A stretch of DNA of 64,000 bases from Vicugna vicugna (taxonomy: Eukaryota): positions 868,001-932,000 of the forward strand of contig MU058463.1 in assembly GCA_013265495.1 (NCBI GenBank). Direction: 5' to 3'. A program made the translations under genes and the position numbers. The notes beneath the pieces were generated by a model. That model had not been told where the DNA came from. It did not search any database and saw only the letters and a list, made by a program, of their open reading frames with translations. Shown here one piece after another: positions 13,671 through 26,312 of the stretch. Each line of letters opens with the position of its first letter. The first letter of the stretch is position 1.

Positions 13671-14170
13671 TGTGGTGGGTTCAATAATGGCTCCCCAAAG
13701 ATTTCCACTTCTTAATCTCTGGAACCTGTGACTACATCACGGTGTAACACAGCATTAAGATTGCAGATAGAATTAAGGTGGCTAACCAGCTGAAATTAAG
13801 ATAGTATCCTAGATTATCCAGATGGGTCAAATGTAATCACGAGAGTCCTTAAAACATGAAGAGGGAGACAGGAGAGGCAGTGTGGAGTGGTGCAGTGTGA
13901 GAAACACTCACTCAGTCATTGCTGGGTTTGAAGATAAGATGGAAGCACACGCCCAGGATGTGGGCAGCCTCTAGGAACTGGAAAAGGCAAGAACATGTTT
14001 TTTATCCCAAAGCCTTCAGAAGAAATGCGGTACTTCCAATACAATGATTTTTATCCTGGTAAGATTCATTCCATAATTCCGATCTTCAGAACTGTAAGAT
14101 AATATGTTTTGTGGTTTTATGGCACCATATGTGTAGCAATTTATGAAGGGAGCAATGAGAAATTAATGCA
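13671..14170 (+). mobile_element. MaLR solo LTR (MLT1D-like)
   Basis: 'tgtggtgggttcaataatggctccccaaagat...ctggaacctgtga', 'agccttcagaagaaatgc', end 'agcaatgagaaattaatgca' (TG...CA). Confidence 0.85.
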
Positions 14171-16910
14171 GAGGTGTTTTGCCTGTTTACTGTTTATTTA
14201 CATTAAAGGAAGCAATATAAACATAGATGTATAGATTTATGATCAGTTAAGAATATATTTATATATGTGAGAATACATATGTATATGAGTGATAGTAATT
14301 AAGATTATATTGGACAGATAATGTACTAAAATTTGTGTAGATTTAACAACTTAAAAAAAAAGTTCTTAAAACACACTATTTACCAAGTGTAAGCCCTGCA
14401 CCTAATAGTAAATCATTAAGATTAATGATTAATACTTGATTTTAGGGTTTTTTTGGAGGAGGGGATGAAACTTTGAAATGATGGAAATTACATTTGTTAG
14501 ATTGTTACCTTTGATAACCTGATAAAAGATTGGGTCTTACAACTTCATCTCAGGAGGTACATAGGTTCTTAACCACTGATTCAGCCTTTCAGGGACAGTC
14601 TTCACTTAAATATTTTAGGTTACTGTGTTAATGATTTTGTCTTAGCAAAAAATCAGAAAAAGCCTACTTTCTAGTACATTTCTACTTACTGTATTTCTCT
14701 GGATGTTAAAATTTCTATTAACTTATTATTCTCATTCAGCTTCAGAGACTTACAAATGTTATGTTCAAATGTGTATGTCTTAGACTTGTTTTCAGTGGAA
14801 TACCACCTTATTAATAGCAAGTAGTAGCTGACACCATATATTATACACTGGGGATTAGATTTGATTTACAAAGCTCAAGAGCTCCAAAATGTGTGGATTT
14901 ACAGCATTTGGGTATTGGGTCATGTTTATAAATTTATAATATAAAGAAACTTTTGTCTCCCATAAAACATCCACAAAAATTTTAAGAAAAGGTCTAGCAC
15001 TCTCAGATTATAAGCAACACTCCCTCAAGGGTATTATAAAAGTTAATTATGAGTACCATAATTAAGAAATGCAATGAAATAATTTTATTGAAATTAAATT
15101 TATTGGAGGATATTTATCTCTGATACTGTACAGAATGACAAATTTATAACTATCTTTTTACATAATATCCTTTTACATGTTAAGTTATGAATGCCAAAAT
15201 TTAACTCAAAGTGAATATGAAAAGTTTTCTAAAACCATAATTGTGCTATTAGCTAGTACTTATGCTTTCCTTCTGCTTTGAGATTAATAGGATTTAAACA
15301 AAGAGAATCACAGAATGTCAGACTTCGGTGAAATCCTAACGATCATTTAAACAAATGTACTCATTTTGCAATTATGAAATCAAGTGTTACAGAGATTGTA
15401 AAAGGTACACAAATTTACATAGCGAGTTAGCAGTAGAGCTGAATATATAGCACAGTTCTTAGCTCCCAATCTAAGACCCTTTATTTACATTTTCTATATC
15501 ACATTATCAAACCACCTGATTATCCCAAGCTGTTGATGAGAACATTATCTATTAAAAACAATCTTTATAAAACAACTTTATTTTAAGGTAATTTCAGTAT
15601 AGGAAAAAATGACTCCCATGTTAAATATCTTTTAAAGATACCCGTAGAAAAGTCAAGTATCTCCAAGTTTGATTGGAACAATCCTCATTTGTTCCTATGA
15701 TTCCAGCCTAAATATTGGAGTTCTTACTTTCTCAAGCAAGAATGATGCAAAGCCATCAGCTGAGTGTTGGGGGTAGAGTTGTGATAAAGAAGAAAGGATA
15801 AAATAGTGTTTATCTAAAACAAGAAAGTGAGCTTCCTAAGGGCACAGAGTAAGATCAGCAGGCAGTGTTGAGTAGTTACTTGAGGTACGTTATCACTTAT
15901 TTAACATTAAACCAGTGAGAAAGATTGCATCATTTTTTAAGAGGAGAGTTTTATTTCACCTGTGATTGAGGTTCACCAGTTAAGTGTGATGGTAAAAAAC
16001 AAAGGTGGGTGGGTGGCTAGTCAACTGAGAAGGTTTGCAAAAGTTTGACTATTGTAAACAAATCATGCAATCAAATCTTGGAAGGAGAGAAAATGTAGAG
16101 GTCAGTGCAATGGATATTTAGATGATGATGGTAGAGGACTTTTTCAGTAGTGAAAGGACGGGAGGTAGTGGTCGGAGAGATTCATAAATAGTAAAGTTAA
16201 CCTGTGATAACAAAGGTGTGACTAAAGGAGTTCATGTACGCGAACCGTGAGTTTAAGTGAAGAGTACAAGATTCCACTGAAGTAGTAGCTAAGAATCCCA
16301 TACATCGTAGCTGAGCAGAGAGCAGTTTGAAAGCACACCTGAGCAACAGAGGAAAACGCCTAGTGCAGGCCATCAAGCCTCCTCCTTCTAGCCCTGAGAC
16401 TAAATAACAGTAAAAGTAGCTTCCTCTTGATAATGTTACAGCCAGGTGGTGTCCTCAGGAATGGCTGTTAATAAAGGTCGGAAAGTTCAGACATTAATGA
16501 CAGAGCAGATTTTGCTGCTTACAGATGTGAGGTTCTCCCTGGCAGAGGGAAATGTAGGAGTTGCCGAATACCGGGATTCTAAAAGTCATGACCATGATAC
16601 ACAGTAATTCTACAACAATACAAAACTCAGAAAAACAGTGTTTTCCCCACATGGAACACTGTACTTAGGCAGGCAAAACCTCTATCATAATACTAAAGAC
16701 TAAATGTCATGGAATTTACTCATAGGATAGACTCCTAGGCTCCCAAAAGTATCCAAATCCTTTGTAGTTTGTTTTACAGCTAAAAATGCAGAGTAAAATC
16801 AATAAATTAGAAAAAATAGAATCACCTTTGAAATATTCTTGATGACAGATTATACCTAAAGTTAATCAAGAATATGTGGCTTGTGTTCCTTCCAGTGTAA
16901 GGAAACACAG

Positions 16911-17474
16911 GTTCTTAGTTTGGACTGCTATAACAAAATAGTCAGTCCCCCATACCTGTGGGTTCCAGGTCCTGAGATTCAACCCACCGTGGTTTGTGTA
17001 CTATATTTAGGATATGCAGTCGGTTGAATATGTGGGTACAGAACCTGCAGATATGGATGATGGCAGACTGTGGGACTTGAGCATTCTCTGATTTTGGTAT
17101 CCATGGCAGTTCCTGGAACCAGTCCCCCACAAATACTGAGGGACAACTGTACCAATGATGGAGTGGCTTAAACAACAGAAACTTACTTCTCTCTAAGATA
17201 GGGTGCCAGCATAATCAGGTTCTGCTGAGGGTCTTCATCTTGGCATGCAAACGGTAGCCTTCTTGCTGTGTCCTCACTTGGAAGAGCAGGAGAGAACACC
17301 CTGTTCTGCTCCTCTTCTTATAAGGGCATTAATCCAATCATGTGGGCTCTACCCTCATGACCTCCTGTAAACCTAATTACTTCCCAAAGGCCCCACCTGC
17401 AAATACCAGCACATTAGGGGTTAGGGTTTCAATAAATGAATGTTGAGGTGATATAAACATTCAATCCATAAAAA
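16911..17474 (-). mobile_element. MaLR solo LTR (MLT1A-like), interrupted by a MER2-like element
   Basis: 'ctgctataacaaaata|ccaat..gtggcttaaacaacagaaa', 'tcttcttataagggcattaatcc'-like segment, 'acctaattacttcccaaaggccccacct'. Confidence 0.85.
16941..17149 (-). mobile_element. MER2-like (Tigger/TcMar) non-autonomous DNA transposon, internally deleted
   Basis: Minus-strand start 'cagttgtccctcagtatttgtgggggactggttccagga'; opposite end 'gtcagtcccccatacctgtgggttcc'; TA at 16939-16940 and 17150-17151. Confidence 0.8.
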
Positions 17475-17538
17475 CAGAATAAATATAAACTATATGACAA
17501 AGAATCAGATGATTACCGGAGAAAGTGCAGCAACCTAA

Positions 17539-18038
17539 TGTTAAAGAAAAATTGCACTGAGCAAGTTAAACAGAGAAGGAAGACTTTATTCAAGAGCATT
17601 GCAGAAGGGGAGGGAGAGATTGAACTCAACTCTGCTGAAATAAAGGCAGTAGGATTTTCAACACTAAGTGAACTTGTGAAAAAATACCAAAGAATGTTAT
17701 GGGGGGACGTTGTTCAATGTGATTAAGCCGTAGGTGTTTACTAATTGATGCTTAATTAGCTCTGACTCTCTTGATGTGACCTGGACATGGGGACACTATC
17801 TTCCTTGTAATTACACTTCAGAGGAATGGCTCCCATATCCTTAGAAAGATATTACTGTTTGTAAAACTGGCAAGAAAATGGGAGGTTTATATCTCAAATT
17901 GTCAGAGAAAGAATTTACAGTTGCAAGGTTCCTAACATAAATACTATAAGAAAAAAAAAAAAAGATCAGAGGCCTATAGTCAGGGAGAAACCTGTCTGAA
18001 GTTTGGTCTAGCTGAGGGAAAGGTAAAGACCTTAATCA
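17539..18038 (-). mobile_element. ERV1-like (MER4-group-like) solo LTR
   Basis: TG...CA-bounded ~500-bp block, 'tgttaaagaaaaatt...gactttattcaag' (minus-strand AATAAA). Confidence 0.65.
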
Positions 18039-18289
18039 AAGACAACTACCTCTGTTTTTTCAAGCCAACAAAATATTTAAGAAGTCACTCAAGAACTCTG
18101 TAAGTTTAAGGGACTTAGGAAATAGAATACTGAATGTAAAACTTGGACATTGTAATACAGACTGTTCTGAACACACCAATTACATTTTTGAGTCAGTAAG
18201 TGGTATTTTATTATGTATTGGGTATTTGAAACATGTATATATGTATATATATACACATATAAATTTTAGTAAATAAAATGTCATTTTTA

Positions 18290-18487
18290 GTAACAGATAC
18301 ACACTACTATATATAAACAGATAAACAACAGGGGCCTACCATGTAGCACAGGGAACTATATTCAATATCTTATAAGAACCTAGAGTAGAAAATAATCTGA
18401 AAAAGAATATATAGATAAATAAAACTGAATTACTTTGCTGTACACCTGAAACTAACATAACATTATAAATTAGCTATACTTCAAATT
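18290..18487 (+). mobile_element. Short 5'-truncated artiodactyl-type L1 3' UTR
   Basis: 'acagataaacaaca...tagcacagggaactatattcaatatctt...ctttgctgtacacctgaaactaaca...ctatacttcaa'. Confidence 0.85.
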
Positions 18488-18729
18488 TTTAGTGCCATTT
18501 ATTATTATGAAAACATTCATAGGTTCATGCTTTTTAGAGACACATCCTACAATATACAGGGATGAAATTACCTGATATCAATGATATGCTTTAATATATA
18601 TCACAAAAAGAACCCCTCTTCCTCCCTATTTTGTTTGTTCATTCTGTCTTTCTGTCCTCTGAGCACCCTTGGGAATAATAATCAGGGTACATAGAATTTA
18701 GGACCTAGTCCCTAAGTACCTTGGGAAAT

Positions 18730-20110
18730 TATTGTTGCCAGGACCAAGGCAAAGAAAGAATAATTTGAATCTGAGATAACTTGTTTTGTGAAAAAAGTAA
18801 GGAATCACTAATGAAATGATGGGGATATATCAAAAGAACACAGAAACTGGCATCAAGGGGCTTTGACTAATAAAATCTAGGTAATTTGTAGCATAAAAAT
18901 ATTACTAATAATGTATTATTACTTATTGAATAAAATAGAAATCTATGGGTCAACACTAATATGAATATACAAGATAATAAATTAGAAGTAAAATCAATTC
19001 CTTACCATAGAACACCAACTAGTAAATGTAGAATAAAGGATTAAATTAGAAAATCACACTTGGCAACCATCATAGTAGTAATTTATTCATAAAAGAAATA
19101 CTAATGAATGCTAAAACTAATGGAAGAAAGAATGAAAATGAGATTTTACATAGTCTCAAAATATCTTGCTACAAAGTACCTATTGATAACAATGGAAAGA
19201 GTGGATTGGGGAAATAAATCACTTTACAAGGGAGAAGCCTCTCAGACACCATCTTTTTTCTTTTCCATTGTAGTTTATTACAAGATACTGAATATAGTTC
19301 CATGTACTATACAGTAGGATCTTGTTGTTTATCTAGTGTGTGTGTATATATGTATACTAGTGTATATATATATATACTAGTTTGTATCTGTTAATCCAAA
19401 ACTCCTAATTTATACCTCCCTTCCCTTTCCCCTTTGGTATCCAAAAGTTTGTTTTCTATGTCTTGAGTCTGTTTTGTAAATAAGTTCATTTGCATCATTT
19501 TTTTAGATTTTACATACAAATGAGATCATATAGTATTTGCCTTTCTCTATCTGACTTACTTCATTAAGTATGATAATCTCTAGATTCATCCATGTTGCTG
19601 CATAAGGCATTACTGCATTCTTTTTATGGCTGAGTAGTATTCCACTGCATAAATTTACCAGAGCTTCTTTATCCAATCATTGGTCGATGGACATTTTGAT
19701 TGTTTCCATGTCTTGTATATTGTAAATAGTGCTCTATCAGATACCATCTTGATCAGGTAACTCAAGTTAACATCACCAGTTAAGGGTCAAAGACATTGGT
19801 GTCATCTGTTAGAATGAAATGAGAAGAATACCATACCATTTTTGTGATAATTTGGCCAACAGTGCATAACCTAAATTTAATAGAGAGAACACTCCATAAA
19901 TACACAGAGATATTCTACAAAATTACTGCTTTTTACTAAAAATATTGTGGTCATGAAAGCCAAAAAAAGATGAGGAAATATTCCAGACTGAAAGAAACTA
20001 GAAAGACATAATAGGTGAGTGTGATATATGATCCTGGCTTGGATCCTTTTTACTGTGAAAACAAAACAAAACATTACTGGGACAACTGAGGGTCTCTGGG
20101 TGCCAAGTGT
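18730..20110 (+). mobile_element. Old L1MC-type 3' region, interrupted at 19256-19736
   Basis: 'ccatcttgatcaggtaactcaagttaacatcaccagtaa'-like and 'gatcctggcttggatcctt...acattactgggacaact' motifs. Confidence 0.65.
19256..19736 (-). mobile_element. 5'-truncated artiodactyl-type L1 with 14-bp TSD
   Basis: L1 3' UTR/ORF2 end; TSD tcagacaccatctt (19242-19255) / tcagataccatctt (19737-19750). Confidence 0.9.
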
Positions 20111-21309
20111 ATAGATGTTTTTTATATTATTCTTGCAACAGTCTGTTGAGCATATTGTGGATGTGAGTGTAAATATAAGGAATTTCAATTAGTTTGGAAA
20201 AGAGTCATTCTGGATTGCTATACTTTTTATATTCAAGGTTTGAAATTTTGATCATTTAGGTCATATAGAAACAAATGTTAAGAAAACACAAGTTATGTTT
20301 CTTCATTTTAAAAAGCATGTGATAAAAAATTCAAACACATGCAAAAGTAGTTATTTTAAAATTAACTCCCACATTTTTCTTTTTAATTGAAGGCAAAAAA
20401 ATAAAATAAACATGGCAAGCATGTTCCTTTTATTTTCAAAGCTACTGGTTCATTTATTTAAAACTTTAAAACACTTTCAAACTTACAGAAAGTTGCAAGA
20501 GTGAAAGATGAGAGAGAACATGTGTGGTTTATACTCAGAAAATAAACATTCTGTTGAGGAAATAGGTCCCACCGTGGTAATGTGTTAGAGTTGGTCATAA
20601 CTCCCTTACATTACTAGGTGCTGTGTATGCTATATTGTGCTAAATGGAATTTTACCTGAGATAATCTCTGCATCTCTCTGCATAACTTTATACAGAGAAT
20701 AACTTTGGCACATCGTTCCATGATTTACATGAGCTCTTTCAACTGTAAAATCTGATACCTAGCCTTTTATGAGTAATTCTTAGACTTGGCCTATTATAAG
20801 TTCATTCAACATGCCCCTGGAAATGGAATGGTAACTCTGTATTACATTTTATGATGGTGTTTAATCTCACCTATTACCTCAAAAAGTCAGACTTGAACTA
20901 TTTAGAAAATTAAGAGTTGAAAGCATATCCTCTTTTATTACAGCAATAATTATCACATAGCACATATTCAGAACCTGATGAGTACTGAATAATTTGATAT
21001 TAACACTGGTGTTCTTTCTTCTTGCATTTGGTAAAGTGCTTTGAATACTGCACTGTTTTGTTTTAAATAAACCTCCTTTATATATGCACAGCTAATCAAG
21101 TAAACTTTCAGAACCAAATGTTTTTCCTGAATCATAATATAAAATAGTTAGTACCTGTAACAAATCCAGGTTATACAGTCTAATGGTTTTTATTGTGCTT
21201 TTCCATTAAATACAAACCTATTTGTTTTTTACTATACTATTTTTATAAGACTAATTTAGTTGCTACTTAGTGCAAGCCAGAAACCAACAAGTCTTTGAAG
21301 ACTGCTCTT

Positions 21310-21905
21310 CCTCTTTTGCTCTCCATATCCAATCACTTACTAGTCTGCCAATACCGTTGCCTCAATTGCCATAATATAATTACATCTTTACACTCCATAA
21401 AACATTCAATAGCTCGCCATCATGAACACTAAATATTTTTAAATGGTGATACGAGGCCCTTCATGATTTGCACCCATCACTTTCTCCCAATTGCACACAT
21501 TGTAACCAACACTTGCTGTTTCTTAGATGCAGTGGGGTCTCTCATGCTGCATGCCTTTTGTGTAATCAACTTCATATACCTGAAAATCAGCCCTTCTGAA
21601 CTCCCTCCTCTCCACATCTGCCCTTGATCCTGTGAAGTGCTTCCCTATCAGTCAAGATACGGCTTAGGCATCTTCTCCATTGCTAGCCTTACTTGACCCG
21701 TCCATGAAATATGTTTATATCTCCTTTTGTAAACACCTCGCTTTTAGTGATTGTCTCACAGTATTGGGACAATGCATGTACCTGCTTTTCCCTCCATTAT
21801 ATATCTAAGTTCTTGAGGACAAAAAATTCTTCCCAATGTATCTTTGTGTCTCCAGAAACAATAAAGTGTTTCACCCAGCTTGTAGACTCAGAAAACAAAT
21901 GATTG
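21310..21905 (+). mobile_element. Ancient L2 3' remnant
   Basis: Ends with 'taagttcttgaggacaaaaa...tctttgtgtctccagaaaca...gtagactcagaaaacaaatgattg', L2-like 3' end. Confidence 0.55.
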
Positions 21906-22309
21906 TATTAATTTAGAAAGTGGTTGTCAGAAAATGAAGTGGGGAAAAATAGAATTTTGAAGCCCCATTAAAGCAGAATCTTAAGCAAAAGAGATGGTAG
22001 AAGAAACTGGATTCTTTAGATACCTCTTCAGTATAATTTTAATACCAGTGCTCGGATCTTCATTTATATTGATTTTTAAATAAATCCTTTAAAAATAAAA
22101 TTAATACTAATGATAGTTCAATGTTGAAAACTTTAATCATGTGTATAAAGTGCTGCAGCTCACCATCAGTTCTATGGAGGCGTAATAAAGCCCGTATTCT
22201 CTGAAGAGCATTATACTATATGAAAGGACAATTTTGAGCAATTGAATAGCCATTGAAACATGCTTTTGAAACACCACTCACCATAATCCTTTTCCTGTTC
22301 AGAAAATAC

Positions 22310-22550
22310 CAATATTAATAGTTCACATATACTGAGTAATTACTCTGTTTTAGGGATTATTCTTGTCTCAGTTGAGTTAATTCTCCAAATGGCCATATGG
22401 AATATGTAATTATCTCCATTTAACATATTAGGAAACTGTAAAGTAGAGATGTGAAATATGCTTCCCAAGATCACACAGTTGGTAAGTAGGATTGTACGAT
22501 TTTAACCAGGCAGTCTAGCTTTAGATCTGTCTTCAAGCACTAAGACTCTA
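22310..22550 (-). mobile_element. MIR remnant
   Basis: 'tatctccatttaacatattaggaaactg...cttcccaagatcacacagttggtaagt...aaccaggcagtct' resembles the MIR core. Confidence 0.6.
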
Positions 22551-25500
22551 AAATATTGCCTAAATACGCGTGTCCTAAGGAAACTATATATAAATCAACT
22601 CTTTATTACTTATTAACAAATTTTAGTGCATTTTGGCTATTTTTTTTCTAGGTTAAAACTAAATGACTTCAAGAGTTTCTACATAATACTTGTTTTTACT
22701 TAGAATTATTGGTGTCGAACCTACAGATCTTCCTGTTAAGTGAGAGGGCATAATTTTTACTTGGCAGATAAAGTAATATAGCTGTACACAATTGTATTTT
22801 TTTAAGAAATATATTCTCCATTGATCTATATAAAATAAATCAAACATATAATTTTGGCATTTAAATGTAAACCAACATATACTGTATTTTTATCTCTTCG
22901 TCTTATTTCTCTGAAATTTTTATGGCTTATTTCATGCTCATAACTTTATAATAAAACCTCAATTAATCTAGGTGTATGAGGAATGAATTACTGGAGTCTC
23001 TGATTCAACCCTTACTAATAAAAAGGCTTTCAAGATATATTAATCCAAGACCCAAGCACTAGGAACAAGATTTATGATGTGTCTAGCTAGTTAATAAGGA
23101 ATATCTAAAATTTATCATGTCAGTTTATGATTTTTCAAATTTAACAAGTTTCTCTCATGTAAATAATGGGTAAGCAAATGAAAGTGAAATAATGACATAT
23201 GATGTCAGTTACAAAATGCTTTGGTCAACTCAGGCTTTTTTGTGTGTATGATTGAGAGTATTTATAACATTTAGCTTTTAAGTCAGATATTATCACCTCA
23301 GGAATAAGACTCTGGAAGTTTTACACAAAGTTCCTTTCTCTAAGACTTATTATTTGATGGATTTAATGTCATTGTATATATATTTCATACACAGATTCTG
23401 GGTTCAAAAAATAGGTAAAGCAATGAAATACATATTTTCTCTTACTTAGGAGCTGGAAAGTAGACTTCAGAGTACTGTTTCAGTCAACACAGGATGCAAT
23501 AACTACAAAATATCAATATCGTAGAAACACCAAGTTTTCTCTCTTTTTTGCACTTGGTAGGTGTCTATCATTTGAACTGTCTCTTAAATGTCTCTACCTG
23601 CAAATACCACATGAGTACTTTGCCACACAGGTTTCATTGGATGGAGCATGCTACTTGACTACACCTTATCAACATTACTGTAATTTTCCAGTAGGCCCAA
23701 AAACAGAGGCAAACTTGATATTGGTAAATAGCAGTAAGATCTACTGTAGGGACCAAGATGGTAGGGAAAGACACTAGTGCTATATTCTCAGGTTGCTCCT
23801 ATTAAACCTATTTTACAATTTTTGGTATTTTTATAGTTTTGTTTCTAACATATTTTCATTTTTTCTTACTAAAATATGTCTTATTGTTAATAATGTTATT
23901 GCGTGGTACATCTGCAGATCCATTTCTTCTCTCCAATTTTTGGACTGCTCAGTACTTATTGAAGACCTAGGAGAGCCCAGGAATTTTATATATATTTATG
24001 GAAGATAAGGAATTTTATGACTTCAAAATGTTTTTAAAGTATTATTTTCTGCTCAATATGAATTGAAAATTATTTAATTAAAGTAGTGTTGTAATAGTAA
24101 TTATTTGCTGTTTATTGTTTAGAAAGAAGATATATTAAGGACTAAAAAATCAGCTTAAAATGTCTAGCAATATAAAAAAGAGGATACCATCAGGATCATA
24201 CAAAGGTTCTGACAGTGGAAAGAGGCAAATATAAGATCAAAAGATGATGAGAGCAAAAAAGTTGTCTGCTAGAGTCAAATCTTGAGGTTAAGAAAAAAAA
24301 AAATCTAAGAGGTGTCAAACAGCATCTAAAATATCTGAGTAAATGCCAGGAGGTACATTTAACCATCATCATCTTTTTTAGGACATTCTCTTTGGAACCT
24401 GAGACCCTGAGGCTTTTTTGCTTTGTACTACTTTCACATAAAATCTATAGGAATATCAAATTTTTATATTAAGTGGATTCTTTGTTATATTTGATAGAAG
24501 GACTGAAAAAATAAATCCAATACTTCAAGGGAAGTTGCATATTTAAATTTAATCAAACCACTGCATTGCTGTTTATAATGAGGCCTGTGACAATGCATTC
24601 TGTGCAAAATGTATAATGGGCCTACTTATTGATGAAATATCAAGGGTACTTGCCCAGCTACAGTAGAGGCTTCACAGAGTGAATTGCTACAAAACTAGAG
24701 GCTACAAAAAAGTAAAGTAAACTTTCAGTTCTAAGAAAATAGATATAAATGTCCCTATGAGGCTCTTAAACACACTCACTAGTTCACATGTTTTTTCTTG
24801 CCTATTCCCCATACAGTACAAATATTATATAAATAGCTACAGGGTTGTAAATGTATCATGCCGGGCCAAGAATACAAACTCAAAAGAATGAAAAATTTAG
24901 GAATTAAAGAAAATAATATATTTAAATCCTTTTTTCTATTACAATATTACTTTGCTCAGTTTCATTAAAACTGAGACCATGCTTTTAGCTATAGGCCAAA
25001 GACAGTATTATTTATAAATATGACAATATGTCATTTAAATAAAATTACATTAAAGAATTAATGCATACCTTGACCTGTTTATAAGAATTCTCTTTTGAGC
25101 TATAGTCGTAAGGCTAATAGGCACAAATAGTGCTTTGCAAATTAAAATGCATTATAATTTTGTAAGCACATTATTAATGAAGGTGATTACATATATATCC
25201 ATATTAAGCTTTAATATGAAATTTTATTTTAGAGTTCATGTCATGGATTTCAAGTATTAATATGGTTACCATAACAACAGCATTAGCTATTTAAGTACTT
25301 TAGGAAATTTATGTACCTGTGCAGTTTCATACATACCTTTTTCATTGAAATCTCTGGAGTGTTAAAATAAGAGTATGGTATATTTTTAGATAATAAGCGA
25401 CTAAAGAAATTAAAGATGACTTAAAGAAATAAAAACAATTATCAATATGAAATACATGGAACAATTTAAAAGTATTTTTCAAGACTTTTATTTCCTATAT

Positions 25501-25757
25501 GTGTATCTATCCATCTAGCTGAGTCTGCTTTTTTCAAAGTATGTGAAGATGTGTACTGACAGTTTCTTAAAAAACAATATTTAAAGGTTTCAAATAGCTG
25601 TAAGTTGAAGTTCATGAGTTCTTATACATTATCAGAGTTACAATATCATATGGACTACCTCTGTCAATTATCAAGAATCTTTTTTGATATTTATCTAAAA
25701 CAAATTTAAAACATAGTTCCTTTTAAAAAGTTTTCATGAGCATCTTAATTTACTTTT

Positions 25758-25978
25758 TTCCTTTTTTTTAACTTTTTTTTATTGAATTACAGTCATTTTA
25801 CTATGTTGTGTCAAATTCCAGTGTAGAGCACAATTTTTCAGTTATACATGAACGTACATATATTCATTGTCACATTTTTTTTTGCCGTGAGCTACCACAA
25901 GATCTTGTATATATTTCCCTGTGCTATACAGTATAATCTTGTTTATCTATTCTGCATATGCCTGTCAGTATCTACAAA
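25758..25978 (-). mobile_element. Young short L1 3' end (camelid-type) with 13-bp TSD
   Basis: T-tract tail; highly similar to the reverse complement of 41810-42000; TSD ttaatttactttt at 25745-25757 and 25979-25991. Confidence 0.9.
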
Positions 25979-26248
25979 TTAATTTACTTTTATATAATTT
26001 TATTAATAAAGGTGTACATTTTTAGAGTAATAGCTGTAATAGTAATTTGGGGTTTAAAAAAAGCAAAAGCAAAACAACTCAAAAAAGCCCTCCTACCAAA
26101 ATCTACTTAATTTTATATGTTAGAAAAATCAAATCTCCTCTTTTATAGTACTTTGGTAGTAAGTCCACCCTTTAGTCCAGAGAGATTATTCAACAGAAAA
26201 TGGAATGGGAATGAAACCCAGTGATGAGTAACCTAGAGTGTTGGTGTG

Positions 26249-26312
26249 AGCTTTGCCAGTGGCAGTATCATAGCCAATGAGGTTTATCCAAGGCATGATT
26301 ATTGCTAATTAA
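26249..26312 (+). pseudogene. 3'-truncated U4 snRNA retropseudogene (U4 nt ~1-65)
   Basis: agctttgccagtggcagtatcatagccaatgaggtttatccaaggcatgattattgctaatt matches the U4 5' half, with differences mostly at CpGs; flanking direct repeat agtgttggtgtg at 26237-26248 and 26313-26324. Confidence 0.95.

Noticed and set aside
24110..24295. Exon-like segment (tttattgtttag...gag/gttaag) with ATG MSSNIKKRIPSGSYK, faintly like a hAT transposase start
   Set aside because: Stops after 24 codons, weak donor site, and no further supporting motifs
25758..25978. Possible displaced 3' end of the large L1 at 31911-38732
   Set aside because: It has its own 13-bp TSD, so it is an independent insertion
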